Below are positions 24,420-38,572 of a DNA stretch of 64,000 bases, piece after piece. Position numbers and translations under genes: made by a program. Below the pieces are notes generated by a model. It was not told the origin of the DNA. It saw only the letters and a list, made by a program, of their open reading frames with translations, and did not search any database. Source of the DNA: Octopus sinensis (taxonomy: Eukaryota); contig NC_043000.1 in NCBI RefSeq assembly GCF_006345805.1, positions 80,600,001 through 80,664,000 of the forward strand, written 5' to 3'. The number at the start of each line of letters is the position of its first letter. Within the stretch, counting starts at the first letter, position 1.

Positions 24420-27400
24420 ACTCCATCATTGAAATGTAGATAACAAAAATCATGTTTCATTTTAAACTTGAGAAAAGTCTTGCATATTCTTACTGTTCTA
24501 TTCACAGATTGTGTTTGTAGTGTATGAGTTACTTGGTATGTTTGTTTTTCTGAAAATCCTAGCCTATCCTGATTGTTAGTTAGGCATTTACTTACAAAAC
24601 CAAGCACACCAGTTATTGTTGGTGTAAATGTAAGTTTGTAATCCGAGTATAGAAGCAGTTGTCCATAATTGTCTTCTTTCTCTTTGATTTTCAAAGAGAT
24701 ATTCACATCAGCAGGACAGCTGGTCTCTACGATGGTACACACTTTTTCTTATTTCTTTACTGACCACAAGGGGCTAAACATAAAGGGGACAAACAAGGAC
24801 AGACAAACGGATTAAGTCAATTATATCAACCCTAGTGCGTAACTGGTACTTAATTTATCGACCTCGAAAGAATGAAAGGCAAAGTCGACCTTGGCAGAAT
24901 TTGAACTCAGAACGTAAAGACAGACGAAATACTGCTACACATTTTGCCCAGTGTGCTAATATTTCTGCCAGCTCGCCGCCTTACACACTTTTTCTTGTCT
25001 GCCCCAAACAACAATATCCAGCCTGTTATGCTTACATTTGACAAATGTTTTGATGGGAATGTTCCACCAGTATCCCTTGCATTGATATTTGTGTAGATCT
25101 TCAATAACAGGGGAATACACTATATTTTATCCAAAACAGCCTTTTATTTGGATGGCATTGTATATTGTTTTTGCATCAATGTCCTATCACATTTTTTAAA
25201 TACATGTGTGATGTCTTCTAGAGAAATATGTCATAATCTACATTTTTGGTTGCATCTTGGGGCTCCAACAGCTTCACTATCACTTTTGATTACTATTTCA
25301 TAGCAATTTTCTGTTCTTGGATTGTAAATGCATAGCCTTCAAAGTGTGATGTAATGTAGTGGTCATGAGTTCAAGAGAGTCTTCACTTCATGTCAATACT
25401 ACTTTCTTTTTCAAGTTTCCAGGGAACATACAAATGTATGGGTTATTTTTGCTTTTTGTTTTTTTTCTTTGTTATTTGATATGCTGAACATTTCGTATCC
25501 AGGTCTTCTTTGAGGTATTTTAGTCCAACTGTTTTGGGTTGTATTGAAAGTCATCAGGAAGAAAGTACTTCTCAAGGAACTTGCTGCCAACACATAGGAT
25601 ATTGTTCTCTTCACTTTCCAGCACTAAATTAATGTATTTATTTTTGCTACTCTGTGTAGCAAGTACTGTCTGAGAGAGACTGTGACATTTGATGGTTGTT
25701 TGCACTGATTTCAAGCCTCTACTGCCTTTATATCTTCTTAGATACAGCCTGTCAATATCACTATTCCTGTGGAGATCTCCAGCTGATATCAATATCTTGT
25801 TAATTTTAACAACTATAGAGTGAATTTCTTCTACAGACCCATCAGTGGTGGAATCAGGACTGCAGTGGCAAATGCATTATAGGATATTGTCTTGTTGTAA
25901 GAGGAGAGTTTCAGTTGCCATATTTTGTAAAGTTTGGTGTAATATTCTAGGGTCACTCCAGCTTTATACCCAGTTCCTTCATATGACATGTTTTCATTAA
26001 TGCCTAGGTAGTTGTACCATACCTTGTGTGTGACAGGAGAGATAGTGAGACCACAGATGCACATGTTTTGGATCTACAGGACTGGTTTTCCCTGCTCAAC
26101 AATCAGATATGAACATTTCTTGTGGCCAAATTCCATTAATATGTCAGCTAAAAATATTGTTATTAATTCCAGCTGATTTTGGCATTGTTAACATTTTCAG
26201 CATAAATCTTGAGGGCATCTGTAAAGAAATGATGGGCAACATTAATATCTCTTGGAGTTGCAGACCTTCGTGTGTAGTCATTTGATTTTTGTAACAAGAA
26301 TGACAATGGATTTAATGCCAAGATGAACAGAGTTACAGAAAGACTATCTCTTTGGGATATTCCCTTTGAGATATTTATAACATTGGAGATAATCATTTTG
26401 TTCTTAGTACTAAGTGTAAGAATTGTTGCCCAGGTTTTTGTAAGCCTTTCAATGACTGCAATTAAGATAGCAGGCACTTTTGCCAAATGGAGACACTTCA
26501 GCAACCATGAGTGGGGAACAGTCAAATGCCTTCCTATAATCAAGCCATACTGTTGTAAGGCTCCTATGATGTTTTTTTTTTTTTGCTTGCTTGTTTGTTT
26601 ATTTTACCTCAGACAGTACGGCTTTGTTTATCAGAAGTTGTACAGCACATGCTCACACTCCCTTCTTTCTCCTGCATGCTCATCAGTCACTATGTCATTG
26701 AACTTACAATGATCCTGGAGGAATTGATTGAGACAGCATGTATACAGTTTGTACATAATATTTAAGCAAGCTACAGGTTAATAATTTTCAGCCAACTCAG
26801 TGGTTTCATTCTTGGCTACAAGATTTGTCCTTGCTATAGCAGGCTAATTTGGTATGTCAATCTAACCTTCCATAGTGTTTTTGAATATACATCTAAGTGG
26901 TTTTCTGCAAAATGTCAATCTCTAATACCACTATCTAACTAATAGGTCCATTCCAGTTATCTTCCCATTATGCAGTTTGCCTATAGCTATGGGGAAAATT
27001 TCTGGGTTAATTGCATATGCTTTACTGTTGATGCTGGTATTAACTCTTTACTGCATTTAGTCATGTTGCATTAAGGTTGAGATCCTGCTTTTCATTCCAG
27101 ATATTCAACCAGAAGGATTCAAAATATCTTTGAGTCAGAAGCAAACTTGTGATTTATACAGGCTTATTTAAAAGTTTACCTACAACAGCAAAGATTTTCA
27201 CTCGGTATCTTAAGTTCATGTTTTAGAGTAATTAACTTTCTGTCAAGAGCCTGCTGTGAAGAGTCACCATACAGTTTTGTTAATTTGTTCATAAGATGTA
27301 ACTGATGAAATGAAAACTCATTATTCTCCTTACATTTTATTATCATAGTTAGCCATCCAATATGATAGTGTAGATTGTTGATATTTTCTTCGAGTCATGT
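24420..27400 (-). mobile_element. Degenerate RLE-type (Dong/R4-like) non-LTR retrotransposon
   Basis: Fragments ACLNIMYKLYT, VPHSW, KGISQRDSLS, FFTDALKIY, and C-terminal SCPADVNISLKIKEK; many stops. Interrupted by the SINE at 24743-24982. Confidence 0.8.
24743..24982 (-). mobile_element. tRNA SINE family B (Nin-domain-like), well preserved
   Basis: Minus-strand head AAGGCGGCGAGCTGGCAGAA, B box GAGTTCAAATTC, then GCCTTTCATTCTTTCGAGGTCGATAAATTAAGTACCAG. Confidence 0.8.
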
Positions 27401-27519
27401 TTTCCAATAAAGTTACTTCTGTTTAGTGGTTTCATTATCATGTATACTGCAGATTTCTCCTAGGTGTTCTATAGGAGTGATAGCAACTGTGTATTTGAGG
27501 GTATTAATTTTCCAGTAAC

Positions 27520-27935
27520 TTACATGTATGTATGTATGTATGTATGTATGTATGTATGTATGTGTGTGTGTATGTATGTGTGTGTATGTATGTGTGTGTA
27601 TATGTATGTGTATGTATATGTGTATGTATGTATGTGTGCATGTGTATGTATGTAAGCATGTGTGTATGTATGCATGTCTGTGTATGTATGTGTGTATGTG
27701 TGCATGTACGTATGTGTGTATATATGTATGTATGTATGTCTGTATGTATATGTATGTGTGTATGCATGTATGTATGTATGTGCATGTGTGTGTGTTTGTG
27801 TGCATGTGTATGTGTGTATGTGTATACATGTATGTATATATGTGTGTGTATGTGTGTGTGTATGTATGTATGTATGTATGTATGTATGTATGTATGTATG
27901 TATGTATGTGTGTGTGTATGTATATATGCATGCAT
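27520..27935. repeat. (ATGT)/(GT) compound microsatellite
   Basis: Directly visible; source of the long YV/CM/HT pseudo-ORFs. Confidence 0.95.
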
Positions 27936-27944
27936 ATATGGATA

Positions 27945-28825
27945 TGTTAGGTTAGAAAGAAAATCCTGCTGGATTTCAAGATGAAAAAGAAACAAATGTT
28001 TCTTTGATCTTAATAGAGATAGTTAATCAATATATTTCCTCTCATTATTGATAACATAATCCCATCTACTTAGCAAATTGTTGATCCCTTGGGCATAAAA
28101 TTCTTCAGGTTTCAAATCAAAGAAGCACTGAGTATAATTTTTAATATCTTCACCATTAATAAAAATTTTCCCCTCCAAATAATATTGCAATGATCTGAAA
28201 AGATGAGAGTCAGATAGAACAAGGTCAGGAGAGCAAGGAGGATGAGGCAAAAACTTCCATAATTAGTGCAATAATCTTTTCCTGAGTGACTCAGGCAATA
28301 TGTGGCCTTGCACTTGACAGCAATATTTCTCCAATTTAACTGTTTCATTTTGTTTCAACACTTCATGATAGATGACGCCCTTCATATCCCATCAAATACA
28401 GAGCATAACTTTTTTCAGGTGTAGCTCTGGTTTGAGGATGAGCTCTCTATTTTCATTGTGAGATACCCATTATTACTTTCATTGCCTATGTTTATAGAGG
28501 ATCCACTTTTCATCACTTGTGATAATTCTACTCTAGAATGGTTCTACTCATCAATAGCAAACAAACTGAGAAACAGTCAGATGATGAGGGACCTACTAAC
28601 CAAGCTTTGACACTTTTCCTATTTCATGAAAATGTTTTATGTTTAAAGACTGGCGTGACTTGAACTATTTCTCTAATTCTGATTCAGTTTGCTTTCAATT
28701 TTCCTCAACTACAGTTTTCAGAAGCTCATTATTGACAGAACTAGATCATTTAGACCAAGGAAAATTAGTGAAAAAAATTTCCAAGCAAAACTGTTCAAAC
28801 TGTTATTGGCATTTCTGGATACTTA
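27945..28825 (-). mobile_element. Mariner element, 5'-truncated pseudogene
   Basis: HPPCSPDLVLSD.HLFRSLQ...FY.QGI..L..RW at the C-terminus, ITSDEKWILY and KKVMLC..WD in the catalytic region, and an HTH-region fragment SIQKCQ..FEQF..GNF. Confidence 0.85.
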
Positions 28826-28829
28826 AAGT

Positions 28830-31800
28830 TTTGTTTTTTTGGTAATTATCCAAATAACCTGGCCTGAAAGTATTTTTGAACAGGCTGGTGAGTTGGTTCT
28901 CATCGAACCCCAGAGCCCCTCCTAGGATGTGCTCTACCAGCCCTCTATAGAACATTGAAGTGGTTTTCCCACTGCTGGCCTTGCCCCTCTTGTGGATAAG
29001 CATGAGTGCCTATTGGAAATCCCTTTGCTATACAGTCAGATTACGTCTTTTTATGAAACTGGGTTTAAATCTCCCCATAGAGGCTGGTCATGGGAAGAAT
29101 CACCTTATCACCTTCCAGGTGATACCAGAGATGTCTCAGCCTCAACGCATGTCTGTGCATCATTAGCCACAGCATTCCTAACCCACCCTTTAACGATTCC
29201 TGGCAGCAAATGGAGCACCTCACAAGTGGCTTTCCTCCTTTCCACAAAAAGCGGAAAAGGAGGTGTTCCAACTTGTTTAGTCACGAATCGGGGCAAGGGA
29301 TAATGGTCAGGCGGTAGGTGACTACAGATGCAATAAACACCTGTACCACCTCTGCCCTTCCTTTCAAGGACAGAGGCCTTCCAGACCAAGTCTGGACTAG
29401 TGCCTCCACCCTGTCTGCCATCTTGCTCCAATTCTTCTCTGTCTGGGAGTCCAGTCCAAACTAAACTCCAAGCAACTTAACAGGGCCATCTGGCCAGTGA
29501 CCCACAACACTGGACAATATCGACTTGCTCCTCCAGGTGTCAAGGTGCAAGCCAATGGACTTGTCCTTGTTAATTTTTGCCACTACCACCACCTCGTATC
29601 CTCTGATAGCATCTTCTACACAAGGTAGCTGTGCTTCATTGGACACGATGAAGGTGACATCATCCGCATAAGCAGAAACAGACTTACGGCATCCAGTTTC
29701 ATTAGGGTTGCTTCCCAACTTCTCCAACGTCCGCAGCAATGGCTCAAGAGCCAACACATACAGAAGCGGAGACATGGGACACCCTTGACAAACTGAGTGC
29801 TTGATCGAAAACAGCTCCATCAGGTAACCCTTTATCTGGACTGTGGACTTGATGCTGCTGTACATAGCGGAGATCCACCCATGAAAACCCATGCCCAGCC
29901 ACTTTGAGGACCGCCACCAGGTACCGATGGTCTACCCTATCAAATGCTCTACTTTGGTCTAAATGGACCATTGCTCCACTTTTACCGGAAAGTTTACCAA
30001 CACAGTCTAAAGTGTAGCAGATAAGGTGTAGATTGTCCTAGATCGACCTGCCTGGGATTGCACATGTCTGTACTTTCCCTACAAGTTTCTCCATGACAGC
30101 TGTCAACCTTTTCACTAACACCTTGGCCAAAATCTTTAACTCTACATTAAGAAGAGTTATGGGCCTGTAATTGTTAACACTATCTCCCTTGCTCGGGTTT
30201 TTCTGGACCAGTGTCACCACTCCCCGGTTCACAGAACTGGGAGTCCTCCCATTATGATGCCAGTTTGTATAGGCACCTGCCAATGTATCCCCAAACAAGT
30301 CTGGCATACAACGATAAAACTCATAGGGCAGACCATCCAGCCCCAGTGACTTTTCCCCAGTGCACTTGGCCAACACCTCTTTTACCTCCACAGGAGTGAT
30401 CAGTCCTTCTCAGCACTCCCCTTCACATGCCGAGAGTCACAGCCCACCAGCTAGGAAGTCCTTTAAGGCCTCCCCTCGCTCATATGAACCGACCCCCTCC
30501 GAAGAAACGGACGAAATGCTGGTGAATGACTTTCTGCATCTCCCCCTGTCCATAGATCTTGCACCCCTGTTCGTCAGCTAAAGATTTTATAGAGGCATTT
30601 TTACCTCTATGACTCTCTACATGATATGCCCATCCAGCAACATTAATACCTTCTTGTTTCCCTGCATGCAGCTTAGCTCTAACTCTGCAACCTTCGTGCT
30701 TGGAATTGAGGTGACGGTACTCACCACCAGCACTCAAGATGCAGAGCCAAATTCCACAGCCTCATCTAGGTTCTTAACTAAATCGCCCTCTATTCTAGTC
30801 CTATCTAAACTTAGCTGATTGCTAAATCTAATGGACTCTAAATGGATTGCTCTTTTGAGGGCGGGCCACCATTTATTATTAATGATGGTGCCACATAACG
30901 CCCTCTGTACTAACTCCTTAATCCGGGTATGAAAGGCTTCACAAGTCAAAATAGACTTGCTCATCTCCCAGTTCCCAGGACCCTGTCTATGACATTTATC
31001 TAAATGTACCTCACACATCACAAATTTGTGATTCATGTAAGGCACAATACAAAACTGTGAACAACCAAAAGTATTCCTATCTCTTTTCCTAACAAATACC
31101 TTATCTAAGTACAATCTGCGTGAGCCGTTGTTGTTACTCCATGTCCACTGTTGAATGCTCGGCTCATCCAGTCGGTAACAGTCTACTAGATTAAAGCTCT
31201 CTAGTAGACCCTTGAGGCCAGGATTCCCCTTCCAATCAGTTGAGCCAACACTATTTTCCTATGCATCAAGGATAGTGTTAAAGTCACCTACTAGAACTGC
31301 CGTTTTAGATGTCACTAGAAATTGCTCCAGGTCCCGAAAAAAACTAGCCTGCCTACACTTTATTGGAGCATAGACAGCCACCAACCTGAAAGACTGCTTA
31401 CTTACATGTGTCACATCTAGGACAACCAGCCTGCCTTCTGGGTCCAGAAAGACAGTACTTACCTGTAAGTCCAAGCTCTTCCTGATAAAGACTGCTACAT
31501 CGCCTCCTCTTCCTCGGCTAGGAGAAATAAATCTCTCGTAACCATTCAGAAGAGGCCAGAATGCTTGAGGTCCACTCATCTTGGACTCAGTTGCAATAGC
31601 TACATCTACTCCATGTGTTTTGAGGTTGTCCAGGAAACACACAACCTAACTTAATCATCAATGAAGTAAAAAGGACCTACCCACGTTTTTGATAGGGAGC
31701 ATGGCAGTTTATGTCTGCCTACTTCCCCCTCTCTCTCCTTGGTAGACGTAGCCACTGGGCTTTTCACCGGCGCTGCCACCGGGCTCTGAATTGGTGTGGC

Positions 31801-32890
31801 TGCCGGGCTAATAATCACTTTACCCTCCACCATATCCTGTGTTACATCCTTCATTTCTTGGTTTTGCAGATATTCCTGTAACCAATTGTCTTTCCACACC
31901 TCCTCCGTGTTATGGGGAGGGGTTACGTTTTCTTTTTTCTTGGTACAAGTAGAGTGAATGTGGCCCTTCTGCCCACACTTAAAGCATCTAGGCCTACGTC
32001 CCTCTACCAACACACAAATTGTATGCCCTTCCCTTACAAACACATTATCGGACAAATTTTCAAGGGTCACATTGGTCATTTGAATGACCATTTCTAAGGA
32101 TTGTCCTCGCCAGTTTATGGCTTCTTTTTTCCTCATATGTAGGATTGAAATTTCTTCCTCCACACTGTACAGTACTGCAGCTGCTACCCACATTACCTCA
32201 TACCCTACTGGGATCTCTTCCACTGTCACTTTTGTGGACCTGCAATGCAAGTAATGGGTAGCAGCATTATCTCTTCGTTCTTCAACGTTTGTGTAGACAC
32301 CTACTTGGCTATACTAGCCTCAATTTTGGTGCTTCTTTCTCCTCGGCTAACGTAGCATACTTTATTCAAGATAGGTGCCATACATTTTTCTACTGCTTCA
32401 GTTTTTACATCCATTATACACTTTTCTTTGATGTTGTAGACTTTGTACACAACTGTTTTCACATTAATGGCTTGTACTGTCTCAGGGGGCAGCAACAACT
32501 TGGTCTCTGCTCCATTTTTTAAATTAGATTTCTAAACTTGAATAGCTGGTCCATTGTTACTTCAAGTTCTGTAACATTGCCACCCACCACAGCTGAAAAA
32601 CTCTGTTTCTCTTTGATATCCTGCTGGTTCACAGTTGTATTTCCTTTTCCCATCTCGGGAAAGTCCTTTTTTGACAAAAGGTCGAATTCCATATCAAAAC
32701 TTGTCACGAATGAAAAAAAAAATTTCAGAAAAAATAACCCATAAATGGTAAAAAATAAACAGTTCACAAAAATATTTTGAATAAAAATTAAGAGTTCAAA
32801 TTCTGGTAAGGTATTTCACAGATTACACAAATGTACAAGAAACAGACAGAAACGAACTCACATAACGCAGGGTAGCAAAATGAAACTAAC
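28830..32890 (-). mobile_element. L1/Tx1-clade LINE with ORF1 and ORF2, frameshifted, 3' end missing
   Basis: ORF1 zinc knuckle RCFKCGQKGHIHSTC; endonuclease AVYAP and GDFN; RT YRPITLLN, AFDRVDH, QGCPMSPLLY and AYADDVT. Confidence 0.92.
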
Positions 32891-32949
32891 AACATGTCAC
32901 AGAAGAAAAAGGCATGACTTGGTAGCTGTCAATGCTTTTTTTTGCCTTT

Positions 32950-33140
32950 GGAAACTTATAGAATTTCAAGTGAAATAAATTCACTGATCTACAAAATTAG
33001 AAATATTGCATTTCTAAATCTCTCAGAGAGACCTATACAGTAGCAGCACGATAACATGATGGTATGTTGCCAACTTAATATGTCAGTCTCAGGAAAGGGA
33101 AGAATGCTACTGCTATTTAGCACCAGGAAACATCGTTTCC
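32950..33140 (-). mobile_element. Fragment of family X (homologous to 12372-12520)
   Basis: Shares ctgg...cctgg.gctaaatagcag and gagatttagaaat...tagatcagtga with 12372-12520. Confidence 0.5.
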
Positions 33141-33506
33141 AGTTGGCTATGTGACACAAGCGTTCTTCCCTTTCTTTGGCTATATGACACAAGCATTCTT
33201 TCCTGAGGCTACAGCAGAAGACACTTGCTGAAGGTGCTATGCAGTGGGACTGAACCCAAAACCATGTGGTGAGGAAGCAAGCTTCCTAACCACACAGCCA
33301 TATCTGTGCTTACTATATCTATCTCTATCTAGGTCATCCCTCAGGATGCCCCAAATATATAATATTTTCCAGAGTGTGAAGGATGAAACTGGGATACACA
33401 CACACATACACACATTTATATAACTGTGTACCTCAAAACATCTAACATGTAACATCAGAATCTCTATCTTTCTACTTAGCCATTCTTAACTACAAGTCCA
33501 AAACTG

Positions 33507-33540
<34 letters not shown>

Positions 33541-33959
33541 AATTCCAATCTAAGAAAGAAACAGAAAGAAATTCCTGAGATTGCCTCTCTGGTACAACAA
33601 CAACACTCAAGGTTAATTGCACACGCAATTTCACCATTGTGAATTTTGTAAATTAAAATCAGCCAGTATGAAATCGTTAAAGGTCTACTTGTTAAGACTA
33701 ACAGCAGTTACTCAAATGTCATTATATACTCTGTTCAATAGTCTGCTATGCTAGAATTCCTAATAAGGAAATTAACATCCACAACAATGTCTTATTGTCA
33801 ATTTAGAACTGTTCAGTGATTTCAATTTGTTCACCTGAAATACATACCAAGTTCTTGTTTTGTCTTAGCTTTCTCTTTCTGTTTCAATTTATATTTATTA
33901 AATTATTTAGTTTTATTTTTTAATAGAATTTTCTGGGAAGACTTTTTTCTCTTTAGTTT

Positions 33960-34260
33960 TTAATTTTTTTCTTTTCCTTCTCGATATTTCCTCTTCTTCC
34001 TTTTACACTCATTCATGCTTCTTTCTTTTCCTCCTCCCTTCTTTCCTCTGTTTCTTTTTATCCCCTTTTCTTTCTCTGTGTGTCTCTCCTTGTTTCCATT
34101 CTCTCTTTTCTCTCCCTCTTCACTCCCTTCTCTCTTTCCTTCCCCTCTTCTTCTCCTCTGCTCTTCTTCCCCTCTCTTCTCTTCCTTCCCTCCCTTTTCT
34201 CTTTTTCTTCTCTCTCTCACCCCCTCTTCTCTTCACTTCTTTTCTACTTACTCTCCTTTC
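33960..34260. repeat. CT-rich low-complexity tract
   Basis: Directly visible polypyrimidine tract. Confidence 0.9.
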
Positions 34261-34744
34261 ATGTAATTTCTATTTCTTATTTGTTTTTCTAAAACTTTTC
34301 ATTATTCTAAAGAAAAAGACAACAAACAAAAAAACATAAATATAATAAAATGAAGATATTTAAAGAAATATAGAAGAGAAGTTTTTGTTAGATTTATTCC
34401 TGGCCATTATTTAGTTTAGTTTGGTATGCTATATATATATATTTATTTTTTATTTTGCTATATTGAATAGAGAAGAGAAAAAAAACTTTACTCTGTGATG
34501 AATCATAAATAAAGGTGTGGTGGGAGGGAACTCCAAACCGTGATGTATTATAAATATTGCACTAAAAGACCTAACTATAGCAGCCGTAATATATTTTTTC
34601 TTAATTAATTGCTAATTGGATCTTAGCAACAGGTTCTCAGAGATGATTGATGCTTCTCACTTTCATTTGTCTTATTTTGGTAATAAAGTATAAGGATAAA
34701 TAAATATTATTTTTTATTTTCTTTTTTTACCTGACCCTCCTTAA

Positions 34745-36140
34745 CTGTAGTTACAGGTACGTTTGGCTGGGAAAGGTAATAAAAAATGTGAATACTAGAA
34801 ATGTGCTATGAGGACCAGTTAGACAGCAAATGTAGAATCTGTAAGAAAAGAAATGAAAGTATCAATCACATTTTGAATGAGTGCAGTATACTGGCACAAA
34901 AGGAATAAAAGTGTAGACATGACTGTGTAGGCAAAAGGGTACATTGGGATGCTAGTCAAGTATGTGGTGACAGTTTTCAACACAATTTCTAGTTAACTAA
35001 ACACTTTTAAACTTCGTATACTGGTAGAATGTGTCAAAATAAAACATTTTTTTCTCTTGGCTTTCTTGAGAAAATTGTAATTTGTAAGTTTAACATAGTT
35101 TAATTTTTCAAATTTTAACCAATCAATTGCCTCTATTGAGCTAAAATCATTTGCTGCATCTAAAACTGAGACAACATCCTGTCACAAACCCTAACCCTAA
35201 ATTTTAGCCTTTTGGTTTTTTTTTCTTAATTGCTATGCGTGTGTCTAAAATTATTTGTTTTGCTTTTGTTTTGAATTTTTGTTTTGAGATACACGTCTAT
35301 TATTTAAACTATTTTCCATTGCTTAAGAAAAAAAATCCCAAAGGCTAAAACGAAAGCAATGGAAAATAATTTAAACAATTAACAAACAAAATAATTCTAT
35401 AATTTTATACACACACTTTCCGTACGTAAACATAACAGTGACAGGATGTTGTCTCAGTTTTAGACGCAGCAAATGATTTTAGCTCAATAGAGGCAATTGA
35501 TTGGTTAAAATTTGAAAAATTAAACTTACAAATTACAATTTTCTCAAGAAAGCCAAGAGAAAAAAATGTTTTGGTTTGACACATTCTACCAGTATACAAA
35601 GTTTAAAAGTGTTTAGTTAACTAGAAATTGTGTTGAAAATTGCCGTTCAAAAGGAAAAGATCCGAAAAGTGGAATGAATGTAATTGACAGGTTGTTATAG
35701 AAAATGAGATTTACAAGATTTTGTGGGATTTCACCATAAAAACTGACCATACTATAGAAGGAAGAAGACCAGCCATAATTATAGAGGATAAAATAAACAA
35801 ACAGTGCAAGATCATAGATTCTGAAATTCCCTATGATAGCAGAGTCAATACCAGTGAAATGGAAAACAATGAGAAATATCAGGATCTAACCAGAGTGCTC
35901 AGGAGACTGTGGAAGACCAAGACAACAATTATTCCTGTAGTAATATGTGCACTTGGCACAACACCCAAAATGCAACCTAAAAGACTGAAAGATATTGTTG
36001 GAATTGAAACTTGCATTGTTAACCTGCAAAAAAGTATCGTCCTATATTCTGCAAGAAACCCAAGAAAGATTCTTGAGATTCGAGGAGGCTTGTTGTCACT
36101 AAACATCAAGATAAAATACCTGCTAACTAAATTAGCATGC
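34745..36140 (+). mobile_element. Old RLE LINE 3' fragment split by a MITE
   Basis: CRIC....ESINHILNEC...RHD before 34970; WDF.IKTD...RRP.II, EKYQDL and P.VI.ALGT after 35643; (AAT)n tail. Confidence 0.8.
34970..35642. mobile_element. MITE/fold-back element with ~210-bp terminal inverted repeats
   Basis: 34970-~35185 is the reverse complement of ~35437-35642; it interrupts a LINE coding region. Confidence 0.85.
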
Positions 36141-36146
36141 ACTCAC

Positions 36147-36182
<36 letters not shown>

Positions 36183-36202
36183 GTAATAATAATAATAATA
36201 AC

Positions 36203-36240
<38 letters not shown>

Positions 36241-36300
36241 CACTAATAAAAATAATAATAATAATAATAATAATAATATATATAATAATAATAATAATAA

Positions 36301-38475
36301 TACCTGCCTCCCTACTATGTTCAAGGCATTTACTGCAGTGATATCACAAAGGCTGAACAAGCACCTGGACGAAAACAAACTGTTCCCAGAAGAGCAGAAA
36401 GGATGCCGCAAAGGCTCATATGGCTGTAAAGATCAACTAATGATTAATAAAGCCATAACTGAAGACAGCCACAGAAAGAAGAAAGGCCTCAGTATGGCCT
36501 GGATTGACTACAAAAAGGCGTTTGATAGCATCCCCCACACATGGATCCTCGAAACACTAGCCATTAACAAAGTAGCACCAACAATCATAAAATTCATAGA
36601 GCACTCTATGAATAAATGGCAAACAGTCCTACACCTCCAAACAAAAGAGGGACTCATGAAAACCAAAGACATCCCCATTAGAAGAGGAATATTCCAGGGA
36701 GACACGCCTCTCTCCACTCCTTTTCTGCTTGGCACTGTCACCTCTATCTGATATGCTAAATAGAACTGGATGCGGATATAAATGTTACGGCAAAACGATC
36801 AGCCACCTTTTATATATGGATGACCTAAAACTATACGCTGCAAATGACAAACAGCTGGAAACACTATTAAAGACAGTTCATGGATTTACCAAAGAAATAT
36901 ATGAAATTTGGATTAGAAAAATGCACCAAAGTAACCATGAAAAGAGGAAAACTAGTTAAGAGTAACAACATCACACTAGATAAAACCAATGAAATAAAAG
37001 AATTAGACCAAAGCCAAACTTACAAATACTTAGGAATCCATGAACTAGATAAGACACAACACACACAAATGAAAGAGAAAATAAAAAAGAATATTATAGA
37101 CGAGTTATATCAATACTAAACACAGAGCTCAATGCTAAAAACAAGATAATAGGTATCAACACTTTAGCTGTCCCAGTTATAAGTTACAGCTACAATATCC
37201 TTAACTGGACACGAAATGAACTGGCCAAAATAGATAGGAAAACAAGAAAAATAATGACAGGATCTAGGATGCATCACCCAAAATCTGACATAGAAAGACT
37301 ATATATACAACATATAGAAGGTGGTAGAGGCCTTATACAGCTGTAAAACTACTATAAAATAACCACCATAGGACTGCAAAAATATCTACTTCAGAAGGAA
37401 GGAAAACTGATCCAGATAGCGGCAAAACACGAGCAAAACAAAAAACTGTTCTCAGTATTTAAGGAAGCTGACAAATACAAACAAGAAATCATACCACCTA
37501 ATAAACATGAAGAAAAAGAAGAAGAAGATGAAGAAACAACAAAAGCTATAAAACAAATGAAATCCAAACTAAAAACAGAACAGCAACGAACCATGATAAA
37601 ACGATGGCAAGAAAAGCCCCTTCATGGTAAATACTGCACTAAACTAAATGCAAAAGAAATAGACAAAGAAAAATCCCAGCAATGGTTGAGAAGCTCAGGA
37701 CTCAAAGCAGAAACAGAGGGATTTTTAATTGCAGCACAAGACCAAAGCCTCCCCACCAGAAATTACCAAAAACATGTAATGAAAAGAAATATTACAAGTA
37801 ACTGCAGAATATGTGGAGATAGACAAGAAACAATAAATCATATTATCTCTAGCTGCCCAGTCCTGGCTAAGAAGGAATATATTCACAGACATGACAGAGT
37901 TGGAACCTACATACACTGGAAGCTATGCCAACATTATGGAATAACAACAGAAAAAAGATGGTATAGGCACACACCAGAAAAGGTCACAGAAAACGAGAAA
38001 GCAACCATACTCTGGGATATGCCGATACACACAGATAGAGAAATTAAGGCCAATAGACCAGATATAGTTGTCAGAGATCATGAAGAAAAAAAAATGCTTT
38101 TTAATTGATGTATCAATACCGGCAGATGACAACGTGTCTCTAAAAGAAATGGAGAAACTCTCAAAATACAAAGACCTGGAAATAGAGGTAACTAGAATGT
38201 GGAATCTGAAAACAGAAACAATTCCTATCATAGTAGGTGCATTAGGCATGATAAAAAAATATTCAGACAAATACATAACAAAAACACCAGGACTTACAAA
38301 CACATATAACATACAGAAAATTGCACTACTAGGCACTGCCCACATCCTACGCAGAACACTTTCCATACAATAACCATCAGACCATCACAACAAATCACAG
38401 CACATACCCAAGGCACACAGAGCTGCGCTCGGTAGTGAAGTGAAAGCACGCTATAAAAATAAAAATAAGACTACT
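36301..38475 (+). mobile_element. Dong/R4-like RLE non-LTR retrotransposon, 5'-truncated, recently inactivated
   Basis: WIDYKKAFDSIPH, GIFQGD, LLYMDDLKLY, YKYLG, CRICG...HIISSC, RHD, RPDIV, and EKLSKYKDL; several frameshifts; (AAT)n at both ends. Confidence 0.93.
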
Positions 38476-38537
38476 GAATAATAATAATAATAATAAGGAT
38501 GATGATGATGATGATAATAATATTAATAATAATGATG

Positions 38538-38571
<34 letters not shown>

Positions 38572-38572
<1 letters not shown>

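Noticed and set aside
27413-27995. Long ORFs of 140-172 aa (HT/YV/CM-rich), and similar poly-His, poly-Met and YI ORFs elsewhere
   Set aside because: They are translations of microsatellites.
32905-32960. Possible missing mariner N-terminus (FYKF.K.KKALTATKS) implying L1 nested in the mariner
   Set aside because: The match is short and frameshifted, overlaps the family X fragment, and there is no target-site duplication or terminal inverted repeat.
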